Of a stretch of 64,000 nt of DNA, positions 10,396-24,572 are shown one piece after another; position 1 is the stretch's first letter; each line of letters opens with the position of its first letter. The notes under the pieces are model-generated. The model searched no databases, was not told where the DNA came from, and saw only the letters and a list, made by a program, of their open reading frames with translations. This DNA is from Phyllobates terribilis (Eukaryota): the NCBI RefSeq assembly GCF_046119375.1, contig NW_027362762.1, positions 453,840,001 to 453,904,000 of the forward strand, read 5' to 3'. Position numbers and translations under genes: made by a program.

Positions 10396-11156
10396 AGGGG
10401 CGTACATAGAAATCATGGGGCCCCAAAGCAGAAGTTCTAATTGGGCCCCCCCCATCCCTCCAAAAAAAAGAAAATAACAAATTAGATAATTGTCGGGGTC
10501 ACAGAAGAGCAGATCTCACAACTTTCCATCCTTTACATAGTAATTTTCCACCTGCTGAAGTCCTAGATCCCTCTTTCATTGCCCCCATAAAAACTATGAT
10601 GTCAACAAAAGTGCCCCCCCCCCAAACACAGTATGATACCCCCATGGTGAATTCCTTCACATGCGCAGTATAATGACCCTACTTTACCCTACCTCAACTC
10701 CCAAGGCAAAGTATGGTGAGTGACCCCAACACAGTATGATCCCCCAACTGTGACCCCAACACAGCCCTCCATGCGGTATAATGGCCTGCACTAGCCCTCC
10801 AAACAGTAAGATGGCCCCCACACAAACCTTCACAAACTTTTCATCCTAAATCCCCATCTATTTGATGCCATAGTCGAAACGATTTTCTAATATACTTGAA
10901 TTAAAAATTAAAGCACCACTCCAGCGTGTTTTTTTTTTCACTGTTGGAGTGATACTTTAACTACACTATCTAACAGCTTTTCTCTTTTTCTGCTTCCTTT
11001 TGAGGAATGCCAACTGCGATACTCAAACGAAGCATCATCAGATAAAAATTGGAATCCCTCCCACCTTTACCCTAGTGAACAATAAAGAAGTGCTCAAAAA
11101 AATACAATCACATTTGGTGTCAACGTGTCCACAAAAGTATGATCTATAAAAACTAC

Positions 11157-13200
11157 AAGGGCTCGCTCACACGAGCGAATAAATCAGACAAGTGCAATCT
11201 GATAAAAAAATAGGATTGTACTCGGGCAGTGTAACACTATGGGGGAGCACACATCTGCGATTATTTTCTCATGCCGATTTGGCATGAGAAAACAATGGCG
11301 GTAAGAATCGGATCACACGCACCCATACAAGTCTATGGGTGCGTGTGACACATCGCACTGCACTCTGATGTTACCTGAGCGGGCACCGCTTCTGGCACTG
11401 AGTGCCCGGTGTCAGTTGTCAGAATCAGGTGACACCCAGGGGCGAAGTACCTGGCCCATAAGGCCCAGGGCACAGGGAGGTATTATTATGTACATCGTCA
11501 GAAAGGGGTTAAAGCTTGTACATGATAACAACAGTTTCCTAGGTTTATAATAGAAATGTGTCTGTAAAAATCGGATGCTTCTCTGATGGTCAGTGTGGGA
11601 TTCAATTTTTTCTTTCACCCATAGTCTCGGAAGAAAGTAGTCCATGCTGCGATTTTTTTCTCATGGACACTCAGACCAAGAAAAGAATCATTCATAAGAA
11701 CAACACTATTGAATAACACGGGTCAGTGTGCTGTCCGATTAAAAATTGGATAGCACATGTCCGAATTATATGCTCGTCTGCATAAGCCCTAAAACTGATG
11801 AAACTCTGATGGTAAAAGCTGACACTCTGGCCAAACACTGATGAAAATCTAATCCAAAAGACTGATAAAAATCAGTCAGTTTTTTGCGTACGAGAAAAAT
11901 CACTGATGTCTGAATGAGCCCTCAGTTAGGGATCCTTAGGCTATGGTCACACTATCAGTATTTGGTCAGTATTTCACATCAGTATTTGTAAGTCAAAACA
12001 CAGAGTGGCTAAAAAATACAGAAGTGGTGACGAGTTTCTATTATACTTTTTCTCTGAATGTTCCACTCCTGGTTTTGGCTTACAAATACTGATGTAAAAT
12101 ACTGACCAAATACTGATAATGTGACACTTAACATCAGTTTTTTTCACGTACGAGAAAAACTGATTTAGTTGCATCAGTGATTTCGGTCAGACTTTCATCA
12201 GGGTTTTATCAGAGTTTGATCAGAGTGTCATCAGTTTTTAACGTACATGAAAAAAAAAGGGTTCTCCACCTTTTCCTATTACACAGTCAGTAAAAATCGG
12301 ACCGCACTTATATGACATCTGAGTGCTGCCTGATTTTTTTTCATGGATTCATGGACTTGCATTGCTGATTCTGATCTGACACTCAGATCAATATCGGACA
12401 TGTCTTCGCAAATTTGCGTGGACTGCTAGGTCCTCAAAAAATCATGGACAAGTGAACAGCCTCATTCACTATCAGAGGTACAAATGCTATCAGTCAAAAA
12501 CATGGATAGCACTCGTCCACAAAAAAACAACATGAATGAGCCCTAGAGCCTCATTCACACATCTTGTTTAATCATGTACGTGATAAAATGGAAGCTGTGT
12601 CATCTGTATTTTGGATCAGTGTGTCATCAGTGAACGGTTCGTGTGTCCGTTTTTACCATCAGTGTCATCCGTGTTTTTCACAGATGGATAAAGAAAGAAA
12701 TAAACTACAGAGCTTCTCCTATGCTTTCTAATGTTACGGACAGCATACAGATATTACATAGATGTCATCCGTGTGCTGCACGTGTTTTTCATGGACTCAT
12801 AGACTTGTATTGACACTTTTCATCCGTGATGCCGGGAAAAAACAGACATCTCCAGGAGATGTGTATGGACACACGGTCTGTGAAAATACACGGACATGTG
12901 CATAGCAATATAGATTATAATGGGTACGTGCTGTATCCATGAAAAAAAGTGGATACAACATGTATGTGCAACACGGGTGTCTGAATGAGGCCTTAGAGCT
13001 CATGCAGACGTCCATGGATCTCGGTCCGATCTCAGACTGTAATGCACGGACTAGCTGCAGCTCTCCCATCCTGAGTGTGACAACTTCATATATTTCTCTG
13101 CGGCTATTACGCTCCTATCTGGAGACCCGCTGGCAATCCTCTCTGACTCTCACCAATTTGCACAGACGTCTGCATGAGCCCCAAGAGAGATGAAATCATA
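11157..13200. mobile_element. Cluster of nested TTAA/T2-type MITEs
   Basis: Repeated GGCTCATTCACAC / GGCTATGGTCACAC...GTGTGA..AGCC termini. An internal palindrome at about 11936-12125 recurs at 25267-25395 and 48535-48730. Confidence 0.6.
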
Positions 13201-14536
13201 GTGAATAATGACTATGTAAACTCAGAAACTCCATGAGAAAGTACACTCCATAATGCAATTTTACTGAAGCAAATATTATGAACAGACAAAATTTTTATGA
13301 ACAAATTAGAGAAATGACTGACCTGCTGCTCTATTTTGTAATGAGGATGAAAGTGCCCCATCGGGGATAAAGGTTCATAGTTCTGCCGATCGGTGCAGAT
13401 TCCAGAGGTTGGACCCAGACTGATAAGTAGGTTATCATCACCTATCCAGCAGATAGGTGATAACTTGTTGTCACCGGACAATCCCTTTAAGAGTCTTAGG
13501 GTTCACCCACACGTGTGTATAACACGGCCGAGTGCTATGGAATAAAACATTATTCTATGGGGCAGTTCAGATCTGCGATTATTTTCTCATGCTGAATCGA
13601 TATGAGAGAACAATCGCAGCATGCTGCGATTTCATCTGAGAATCAGAGCGCTCTCACCAATACAAGTCTACTGGTGCGTGTGAATCATTGGACTGCACTC
13701 GGATGTGATCCGAGTGCAGTGCGATTACCGCGGATGCCGGCAATGGAGGAGATGGAGAAATTACTTTCTCCGTCTCCTCCGCACCTGTGTTGCGATTCTG
13801 TCATGTAAGAGGATAGGAACACAGTCCAATGACACTCGGCTCACACTCACAGCAGAGCTGGAGCAGAGGGTCATTAGCTCTCGCATTAGATGCTATGCGC
13901 TAGTGTAACCCCAACCTTAAAGGGAATCTAACAGCTGATGCATGTTGCCTGATCCACGGACAGCATTTATCAGACACTGGCTGTATGATTTCAGCCATTT
14001 AAGTTTGACTCTTAAATGCTGTGTTGTTTCAGAGAAAACATATATTTAAAATCCGGCAGACGATCAGTCCTAGAGGCGGGTCCCCAGCAGCTTCTCCCCA
14101 CCCCATTCTGCTTGACTGACAGGTCTCTCGCTATGTGTGTATATAGGGAGAGACCTGCGGCGTTTCAGAGAAAAACATACCTACATGAAATGATGAAGCC
14201 AATATATGATACATGCTGTGATTCGAGCATATTCCTTTTAACCGGGTTGTCTGGTTTAGAAAAAGCATTTACAATTACACTATAAAGCCATTCTGAGTTA
14301 ATGAATGAGTCTCTCATTTGAAGCTGGGGTCACACATATCCATCCACATGACTAGCACGTGTTGCCTTATAGTCACCTCATAAAAGTCACAGCAGCTTGC
14401 CACTGGATCATTGAAAATGAATTGCAAATTGCTTGTTTATTGTTGCATGGTTTTTGCAAAAATGGCCATTGACAATAATGAAGCCATTTGTACAGGGAAC
14501 GCAGGGTTCCTGAGTACCCACATTCGGTAATGTGCC

Positions 14537-15904
14537 TGTGGCGCCCCTGAGGGTTCGACCGCCACAGGGATGCTGCACTTCTCTAATGGAGTGTAGTGTT
14601 CCTCCTCTGAGGTAAGGACAGTGTGATAGTCATGACCCAACCTTTGCATCCAACACCACACTTCTCCACCAGAGGGAGCTAGTATGCACTAGGTGCTGCT
14701 CCCCTGGTTACAGGGAGACTGGGGAACACAAAGTGGTAGGAACCAGTTAGTGGGTGAGGGTGGAGGACTTACAAGTTAGTTACGCTTCAAATCTGATATT
14801 TAATGTAAGGCCATCTTGGCTCTGCGTTCTCTGACTGTTCTCTGACTGTTCTTGACTGATGCCTGACAGTACTCGGCTGTACTATGGCTGTACCCTGACT
14901 GGTGTCAGAACGTGATCTCCTACCCTGAAAGTGGATCCTGTGTGGGCCTGCAGGGGATGGAGACACGGCCCTAGTCCCTAGGCCTTGGGATGATGGGCAG
15001 GCGGAAGATAAGGACTATCTCCACCCGTTCGAGGACCATGAGCAAGAAGGCCCGGGAGCTCTAGAGTGTGGCTCCACAGCAAATGGGTCCCGGGGAGGAT
15101 GCAGACGGAGCGGAGAACGCCACCTGTCCTCGCCTAGCTGATCTATTAAGAGTGACTCCGGCTGCAAGAGGGGTACCGGCCCCCGACACCCGACCTCGTC
15201 ACTCCAAGTCCTGGTTGGGAAAGCCCGGTAGGCCCAGAGGATCCCACCGGGCATCGGAAGGAGAGGAATTGCCACCCATGCCCTAGTTCTGAGAGGAGCT
15301 CAGAGGGAGACCCGGCCTATCCACACACGCACAGACGGGAAAGGGAGCGGTCTGTAGTGCAGGAACACTCTGGTGTAGGGTCCCGACTGAATGCTGGACT
15401 TCCTCGGAGGTAGTCGGACCCCCGTCCCTGGTAGCCGCAGGACTCCGCGGGGAGCAGGGAGTCGCCTTCCCGCTGTCGTCTCTAAGTGAGTAAAGCCTTG
15501 GAAGTTCACCCCTATGGCCTCCGGACTGTTCATTCTGCACCATGCCATGCGACGCGGTGCCCGTACTCCCCGCACTACTACCCCCTTCCATCCAGCCTGC
15601 CTGCCCCGAGGCCTTGCTCCGCCTGTGGGGAGCAGTGAGAACTTTGGCCGCCGTGACACCAGGCCTCGGCGGACTGCAGCGGCGCTGGTGACCCTTCACC
15701 AGGCACCACAGGTGGCGTAGTCGTTAAATAAGCCACTCAACCCGGACGAGCCCACAACATCTTCCTTTTCATGTGACGGCCCTGAGCACGGGTCGGGTCC
15801 GGGCCACGGCTGCACCCCATCTCTTCATCATAGGACCCGACGCCGAGTCCCCCCATCACCCAGGGTAAACTCAAAAGGGGCACTTTCGAGAATGAGGCGT
15901 CACA
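14537..15904 (+). mobile_element. Solo LTR (same broad family as 227-1253)
   Basis: Inverted ends TGTGGCGCCCC / GAGGCGTCACA; flanks TGCC/TACC (4-bp TSD with one mismatch); GC-rich; shares motifs with 227-1253. Confidence 0.7.
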
Positions 15905-17151
15905 TACCTCCCCAATTGTATGAGACAGTCATATGCCTATGGTTACCCATGCATGGCTTATTACCGTCAGTGACCTAATGGTCACACTAAGACAAATCAT
16001 TCTGAATGGTAGCCAATGTGGAAAGGTCTATTACTATATATTACAGTGGTCTTTTAATACAAGTTACTATATGTACCACTTACCCTATTTTTGTTATGTA
16101 CTCCGGCCCTGTGCGTCCTATGCACACTCTGCACATGTCACGTTTCCTTGCCTGTTGTGATGTTTTATTAAATCAATGAAGTTTATACTGTTTTCATTAT
16201 ATTTTGGACTTTTTTGATCAATCCCACCCCCTCCCTTGCTTGATTATTGCTATGATCCATTCTTTACTGTCCATTACTTGGCAGCCATACTACTTATAAC
16301 TTGATCTACTTAGTATTACTATCACTATCCTGCTATTTTCTATGAATCTCCATCAAGTTACTTTTATGAGGTGACTGGCATCCAGGACCCTCGCCAGTCA
16401 AGCGTTGAAACTACGTGGGACTCACGCCATTGATTAGCAAAGTGTGGAGTGACTACATACAAGAGCGTCTTTCTCCGGTGTCCTGGAGAGCTGGAACATG
16501 TACTGTATGGGGCCTGGGCCAAGCTACTAGGGGATATAGAGGTGGAGGAAAAATAAGAACAGATTGGAAGACTGTTAGAAGATATTTAATTAATGACAAC
16601 TGGAGAGATACACAATATTGTATAATGCATAGAGCTACAGTATATATAGCTTTAATCTGTCGTTTAATATCAGCTTACATCCAAAAAAACGTCCACACTA
16701 TCCTAAATGTAAGGCTTATAAAACAGACATGTTTCATGGATTATGGCAGTGTACTGTGGTTGAAATCCATTGAAAGATTGTACAATCAATCATAGAGAAC
16801 ATTTGACATATGAAATTACATCTGAATCATATGCTGTCAGTCTTCCATTATTAAGAAGAGGAGGGAATAGATAAGAGCACCTCAACAGTTCGTCTTCCAG
16901 TCCTCATTCACTCCATTCTCAAGATATATAAAAATGTCTTCTGAAAAGACTATCGCCTTCAACGCCCTCGCAATGTCTGATCAGTTAAAGTCCTTACTAT
17001 AGAACGGTTAGAGCCAGAACGCAGCAAAGATAAAGTGGAGAAACTTTATTCAAACACATTAAAATGCAAAAGAAATAAAACCTTTGTTTGTTTCATCCCT
17101 TTATAGATGTTGAATTGTATGCCCTGGGTAAGCTGAAAGTGTAACACTACT

Positions 17152-17636
17152 CTAAGGCTATGTTCACACATGTTGGGTTTTTCAGAGTTTTTTGCTGCAG
17201 ATTTTTATGTAAATTTTCAGCTGCGTTTTGCAGTACCAGCAAAGTCTATGAGAAACCAGAATTCTCTGTTCACACATCTTGATTTTTTTTTGCTGCCTAT
17301 TTCGTGCTTTGATTGGGTTTTTGGAAAATAGAGCATGTCACTTCTTTCAGCTTTTTTTTTCACAGTTTTTTCATCCATAGGAAGCAATGGGTGATGAAAA
17401 AAATGCTGAAAAACGCACCAAAACTTGCATCAGCATTTTGATGGCAAAATAGAATGGGATTCTTTTTTTTCACAGAACTTTATGTACATGCATAAATAGA
17501 GACAGAAGGACAGTGAAAAAACGAAAAAATGCACAAAAAACGCAGCAAAACCTGACGCAGCTGATTTCCTGCCAGAGATTGGTTTTGCTGCAGATTTGTG
17601 ACACTGAGAAGCCCAACAAGTGTGAACATAGCCTAA
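17152..17636. mobile_element. T2-type MITE
   Basis: Terminal inverted repeat TAAGGCTATGTTCACAC...GTGTGAACATAGCCTAA. Confidence 0.8.
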
Positions 17637-18194
17637 AGGGCCTCTTTGATACCCAAAGAAACTTAAGTGTTTGGTGCTAGTTTATTAAGTCTACCAAAAT
17701 TAATAAAGAAAAGGATCTCAATTGGTTATTATTAAGATGTCTTGTTTTATTTGATGATTCATTCTGTTATTTCTTCATTTTTATTTTCTGTTAAATTTTT
17801 TGGAAAAAAAAAACAATAAAATTATGTTTGAAAAAAGCAGGAACATGAAGACTATAAAGAAGCAATTTCTGGCTTGAACATGGCTTTGCCCATCCCTCTC
17901 TGTTAGTTGAAATTTATATGTAACAATATAAACAAGGGACGCGGCATATAAATCATTATTTTATACTATGCTTATTAAAAGGTCATTCCAAACATTAAAA
18001 TGTATCACCTATCCATGGTATAGGTGATGACTTGTGAAAATGTGAACTAATGGGGGCTTGACTGCTGGGACCCCCACAGATCCTGAGAATGGGCTCTGAA
18101 ATGGTTTGAAGATAGCCACCACTCTGTACTGACAGGGCATTTCAAAGCCATGCTATTTGAATTGACGGGAGTCCATATGGCTTTAACCCACAAT

Positions 18195-18708
18195 CTAAGG
18201 CTATGTTCACACGTGGCGCTTTTGGTGCGTTTTTTTTATGCATTTTTTAATGCAAATTTTCAGCTGCGTTTTACAGTACCAGCAAAGTCTATGAGATTTC
18301 AGAAATCTCATACACACAGCTTGTTTTTTTGTCCTGACTGTTTTGTCAAACTGCTGCGTTTTTGCAAAAAGCAGCGTGTCACTTCTTTTAACCTTTTTTT
18401 CAGCGTTTTTCACCTATTAAAAGTAATGGGGGGTGGAAAAAACGCTGAAAAAATGCTGCAAAAACGCAGGTATCAGGTTTTGCTGCGTTTTTGGTGCCAA
18501 AACCTGAGGAAGTTGAATTAGATTATTTTTTTTGTAACTAAACTTTATCAGCATGCACAAGAAACAAATGGACAGTGACAAAAGCGCTGTAAAAATGCAG
18601 CAAAAATGAAGAAAAAAATGCTTTTTTGAGGCGGAAACTTGACTGCCAAGAAAGAAGTTTTGGTGCAGAAAAAAAGCATCAAAAATGCAAGGTGTGAACA
18701 TAGCCTAA
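18195..18708. mobile_element. T2-type MITE
   Basis: Same terminal inverted repeat as 17152-17636; related internal sequence in the opposite orientation. Confidence 0.8.
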
Positions 18709-20051
18709 GAGTTATTATCTATCCTTTGGATAGACGATAACTTTTAATGCTGGGAATAAACCTTAAAGCTAGGTAGACTTGTCCTGGCTGTGGTAAAAAG
18801 CAAGGTAAGAAAACAGAACAAGGTTGGACGAAACTGTGAAATTTGGGGGAGCCATAATAGTGCTCTAAAAAAAAAGGTACATGTTCCCTACTGTACATCA
18901 GCATGCCTTCAACAGTATAATGTATATGAAGGCATATAAGATGGTTCTGTCATATTTCATACATATTTAAAAGGAAAAAAATGCATTGGTCCATCAGATG
19001 TTATATGTATGTAGCTATTTAAAGACACACAAGTCCCAACAGTATCGACAGGGTCTGCCGATGGTCTAATGGGTATGGGGGCGCCAGCTGACTGATTGTC
19101 GGGAGGGATGTCAATCGCGCATGTCCGATTTCAAACTGCTGATCACATTGTTCTCCGGGAGATAAGCTGCCAGCCGCCATGTCAGTCGCCGGCTTTATGT
19201 CAATCGGCTGCTTTTCCATAGTGAACAAAGGAGCGCTCAACTGAGCAAGTGCTTTTGTATATGGGAATGTCCCCTGAGATGGCTGTCGGTTGAATGATCA
19301 GCCGCAGCATCGTTCGGCCAACAGCCATCTAATGTGGTTATTAATGCAGCATTAGTTATTGCCATTCACATGACATGTTAACCAGAGACAGACCGATGAG
19401 CATGGATACCAACAGTGCATTTATACACCCTACAAAAGTCTAGGTGTCATTTTGATGTGAAAAATGTGAATAAGACACTAGGACAACTATTATTTGCTAA
19501 TCACCCTATGCAGTTAAATTGGGAAGCTTGTTGATAGGCTTTATATTAAATTATATTATTTATTTTAATCAGTGAAGAAACACGATATGTTCCAATGCTT
19601 GTTGAATTAGGGTATGTGCACATACAGCATAAAAATTATGTTGTGAAACCATCCTAAATCTAAACTGATTTTGGTACAGTTTTAGCCACGGCTTTCTATC
19701 ACTTGATTCCAATGAATGAAATTGGTGGTGAAAATCTGCAGCATTTCTGCAATCGATAGAGCATGCTGGGGACTCGGGAAACGTCAATGAATATTGACTG
19801 TTTCTTGGGGTGTTTTTTGTGAGCAAAAATCTGCAGGGACACTGAGTTTTCTGGGGCCATCCAGTTTTATTGTCATATTATTTTTATTTGCAGTAGAAGT
19901 AATTCAGCTAATAATAGTTTATAAATTGAGCATAGTAGAAAACCTAAATGGATTTTTACACTAAAAACATTTATCACCTATAAACAGATTAAGTAATAAA
20001 TGTATGATCGCTGGGGTCCCACCACTGGGAGACCCACCCTGCATTAGAATG

Positions 20052-21293
20052 AAGGTCCCTCTTCCAGACAGCACTACCAGAAATATGACTAAGCCCTGGA
20101 GTCGTCAGGGTTTATTCCATATAACAGACATAATTGCCCATACGGCTATGGAACTTCTACCCTTCTCCACTTTGCAAAGAAATTTTAAGTTACCAAACCA
20201 ATATTTTTATCAATATCTTCAAATTAGACACTATATTGGAACACTATTCAGTTCTCCCAAAGCTTCGCTTCCCATGCCTCTTGAACAACTTTGTAAATTC
20301 AGTGTTTCTGCTATGGGATTCATTTCGGGTATTTATAAATTTCTAATTGGCCTCATCTTTATGGTGCCTCCCTCGCCCTCCTATATGCAACAAAGGGCTA
20401 CATTTGTTGGCTTCCCTATACCTAGTAACATGGGCAATAAATATGGACAAAAACCGGCATTAAATATGGACGAAATAGGCCAAAACATCCATATTCTCTA
20501 TGCATAAGTAAAAACCAGTATAAGATTTTAGTTTTTGGTACCACACTGCTTTTCCATTCTACGTAATTCTAATATACCAGACACATGTTGGAGGTGCGGG
20601 GAGACAGGGGCTGACACAATCCACATTTTTTGTTCTTATGCTTTAATCCAAGCTTGCTGGATAAAAGTCCAAAACCTTATTTCAAGGGCAATAGATATAT
20701 CTATCCCATTGAATCGTCTATATTTCCTTCTAAATGTCCCACCATTCTCAACAGGGAAAAAAATCTGCTAGGTTACTTTTCCACTTTTTAACAGCAGCAA
20801 AATGTTTAATAGCAAAGAACTGGAAAAGACCCCAAATCCCATCATCGATAGATCTATATTCATGCATTAAAGATGTTAGAAATATGGAATATCCCACAGC
20901 TTTACTTAAAAATAGAGTGCCTTCAATGGCATCTGGTATATGTGGGATTACTATTGGGCTGAACATGATGTATAAATAGCTGAGTATTTAAAGATCTTTA
21001 TTGTTCTCCTGACCAATATGAATATCGCAGCATAGATTACCATCTTTTGTGATCATATGATTATTCTCCCCTTTTATTTTCCCTTTTATTTGTGTCTTGT
21101 CTGTCTTATCTTGCATTATTTTCATTTTTCTGTTTTACCAATTTTTTGTTTTCTTGATTTTTTAATTTTCTTGCATTATTACAAAGTTATTTAGTTCCAC
21201 TCTTGATCTTATATGTAAGTATTTTGCAATGATTCAACAATGTTTTATTCTTGTATTTGTGAAAAATTTCAATAACAACAGTTAAATAAAAAA
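20052..21293 (+). mobile_element. 5'-truncated L1-type LINE
   Basis: Degenerate ORF2 (YQYLQIRHY; DTCWRCGETGADTIHIFC; LTAAKCLIAKNWKRPQIPS); A-rich tail near 21285; possible TSD AGAATG on both sides. Confidence 0.8.
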
Positions 21294-22199
21294 GAATGGG
21301 GGTCCCGAGCCCCATTATGGAGTTGCAGTCAAGCATCTGCCCTGCCACCCCATTCGATCTCTGTGGGATGGACGGATATACCTGAGGACTGTATTCGGCT
21401 ACCTCTAGCAGTGTGAATAGAAGGGTAGTGTGAATGCGTGACCACAGCGCTATTCAAATTCTCCTGGAATTGGGGATCCAGGCTTCTTTTCTGGTTGAAC
21501 CCCCAGAAATTGTGTATTCTTTTTAAAATATCTCTCTTTAATACTTAAGTCAAAGATCTTGCAATGTTCTGTATAAATTGAAAAGTTGAGTTAAAAAAAG
21601 ATTCTGAGCAACTTCTATAAGCAACAATCATGTAAAACTGATGGAAATATTTACATCCAGCTATTTTACATTTGTTTGGTGGTGGTTATAGAAAACAGGA
21701 CACTTTTTCCCCACAACAAGAATTGCCAGTGGAATTTAAAAGTAGCCAATCTAGCCCATTGTGTCCAGACCTTGCAAAGCAAAACAACTTTTGTTTCTCC
21801 TAATGCAAATCCAAGTTGATTAGCATGAGCTAATAAGGTTTCTTTAGATAGGCTGTCCATACAAAGATAATGTAAAGCTCTCCTAGTAATGCAATTTGAT
21901 CAGATATTCGTAGGTTGTGAAGGTCCCATCAGGTTGTATGCAGTGGCAGATCACCACACAATGGCTCTGAGCCTAGAGGTGAGGACACCAGTCCATGCTC
22001 ATTCATACAAATAACTTGCTTGTCCTGAATATTGCTGACAGTATTTTGGTGTGGCTAGACAAGCAAAATGCCTTTATTGCAACAATGGAGGCTACAGTGA
22101 TACTATTACTGTGATTTGCAAATCCGAATAAAGACTTTAGTTACACGCACTCCTCAACATTACAATTGCAAGACCAAAGAAGGAAAAGGCATGGAGTTA

Positions 22200-22960
22200 T
22201 GGAAATCCCAGCATCCATAGACACGTTAGGGATATGCAAATGATGAAAAAAATGGAAATAAGCTTTTCAAACCAAATTTCAATTTATTCAGTATCGAATA
22301 TAAGTGCAGAGGTACACACAATTACACCCCTTGGTTGGTCAATGAGGTTATTAATGGTTGTCGGAGAATTCATTAAGATCCGCAGCTAAAGCTCTCTGCA
22401 ATTTCCGGAAAAAAGATATCCCAGATGTGCGCAATGGGAGACAAGTCCGGAGATGCTGCAGGCCATGATAGCACATTTAGGCCATGTAACCTGCTCACAG
22501 TAGCACGAGTAACATGCGGCCTGGTGTTGAAAAACAGCTCCTGGGACACTTTGTATCACACCGTATCACTGTTTCCATGACTAAATTAATGTAATGCAGC
22601 TCTGTTAGTGTACCTGAAATGAATACTAGATGGGTCCAGCCATTGTACATTATGCCAACCAACATCATAATCTCAGGAGTAGGACCGGTGTGACATTCCT
22701 TCGTGAAGGCCTTTTCTTGGCATAGCCTATGTGGTCTTCGGACCAATTTCTGGCTATCATTGTGTTCAAGACTTATCGCTAAAGAGGATAAACCTTCACT
22801 ATACCTTCCATTAGTGTCTTGCGCTGCTCCATGGTTGCCTTTTAGAGCGGTGATGGGACGTCAAAGGAACTCCTATAGCTGGACATTTGGTTTATAGCCC
22901 AATTTCATGAAGACACCTTCTTATAGTTTGTGTAAACACTGCTTAGCCCCAATAATCTGA
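22200..22960 (-). mobile_element. Tc1/mariner transposase remnant
   Basis: Minus-strand WPAASPDLSPIAHIW near 22425-22470 and a degenerate DDE segment (MLVGIMYNGWTHLVFISGTL) with stops and frameshifts. Confidence 0.7.
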
Positions 22961-23929
22961 ATGAGTTGAGCGACTGAACGATGTGCCCAAAAAAGCTTAT
23001 TCATCATGCATGAAATCATTTAGGTGAGCAAAAAAAATCTCATTCAACTTTCGGAAATTGTATAATGTAAATCGAGATTGTTCTCTCATTCAACGATTTA
23101 ACCTTCAAAAAGGAGGAGTGGAAAAAAAATTCATTCACTTGTTTCATTAAATTGTTTTTATACAGTATTAATGAAGTGTTTGTACAATACTTTATGGATT
23201 CATGTAATCAAAATAAATAGTATCATTTATGGGATTTGAACGGTGAACAAACCTACACTTCAGAATATCTGTGTGAACACAGAGCACAATGTTCGATGTT
23301 ATGATGTAACGATCACTATTTAACCATTTTATTCACGATTGTCGGTTTGTATGAACACTTGTCTGATATTGTTCGCTAGTCATTAGTTTCAATGGCATCG
23401 TTAATCATTTAAACGATTATCTGTTCGTGCAAACGAATCCTTTTAGGCTTGGTATGTGACATGGTACGTGACATACAACTGCACTTACAGTATAGAATGG
23501 ATCCATCATGGAATCAGTGGTATGGACATTTCTCCAAAGTGTCCCAGGAGCCATTTTGCAACACAGGAATGTCAGGCTGCATGTAAATCCCAAAATGCAT
23601 CTTTAATCCAGCCATTATTAAGAGCAGGAAAGCTACTTAATTTTTATGATGTCTCTCTGTTACAACATATTTTAATTCTACAAATAAATAAAGAAGATTT
23701 TAATGCTCTATCCTTGTGGCTTGACTAAAGATGCATTTTGGGATGAGCTATCCTGTGTCTTCTATGAGAAAGCCGCAGACTGACACGTCGGCTGATGGTT
23801 TATCTCCGGGAGAACAATGCGATCGTCAGTCTGAAATTGAACATGTGCAATCAACATCTTCCCCGACAATCAGTTGGCCAATGCTCTCATACACATCGAT
23901 ATGACGGTTTCAGCTAACATAGTCTAGTG

Positions 23930-24572
23930 TATACACGTCAAACTCCGGTCCATGGGCGAAATCTGGCCTGCAGGGTGGTTTAATTTGGCCCACGACACCA
24001 GAACCACCACCCCTATGTGGGGCCATTATTCTGTATGGAGGACTATGTGGGCCCATTATACTGTATGGGGGATTATTTGAGACCCATTATTCTGTATGGA
24101 GGATTATGTAGGGCCCATTATTCTGTATGGAGGACTATGTGAGGCCCATTATACTGTATAGAGGACTATGTGGGGCCCATTATTCTGTATGAAAGACTGT
24201 GTGGGGCCCATTATACTGTATGGAGGACTATGTGGGGCCCATTATACTGTATGGAGGACTATGTGGGGCACATTATTCTGTATGGAGGACTATTTGGCGC
24301 CCATTATTCTGTATGGAGGACTATTTGGGGCCCATTATTCTGTATGAAAGACTGTGTGGGGCCCATTATACTGTATGGAGGACTATTTGGGGCCATTATT
24401 CTGTATGAAAGACTGTGTGGGGCCCATTATACTGTATGGAGGACTATGGGGGCCCATTATTCTGTATGGAGGACTATGTGGGGCCCATTATACTGTATAC
24501 TGGTTGGCCCGTGACTTTGTCCAAGTTTTTCATTTTGGCCCTCTGTGTCTTTGAGTTTGAAATCCCTGGTCT
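23930..24572. mobile_element. Non-autonomous DNA element (hAT-like ends) carrying an internal minisatellite
   Basis: TCAAACTC...GGCCC at the left end and GGCCC...GAGTTTGA at the right end are inverted; the 31-bp array lies between them. Confidence 0.55.
24016..24497. repeat. 31-bp minisatellite, about 15 copies
   Basis: Unit GGGGCCCATTAT(A/T)CTGTATGGAGGACTATGT; period 31 measured at 24211/24242. Confidence 0.95.

Noticed and set aside
16365-16430. Hairpin TGACTGGC...GCCAGTCA flanked by ATGAG and GAAAC, like a hammerhead ribozyme or Penelope end
   Set aside because: The CUGANGA core and stem III/NUH cleavage site do not fit; an Infernal search would be needed.
16920-17085. Non-repetitive stretch with a short ORF and AATAAA, possibly a terminal exon
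   Set aside because: No recognisable protein and no convincing splice partner.
20004-20979. 167-aa and neighbouring ORFs as a host gene
   Set aside because: Frameshifted L1 ORF2 remnant.
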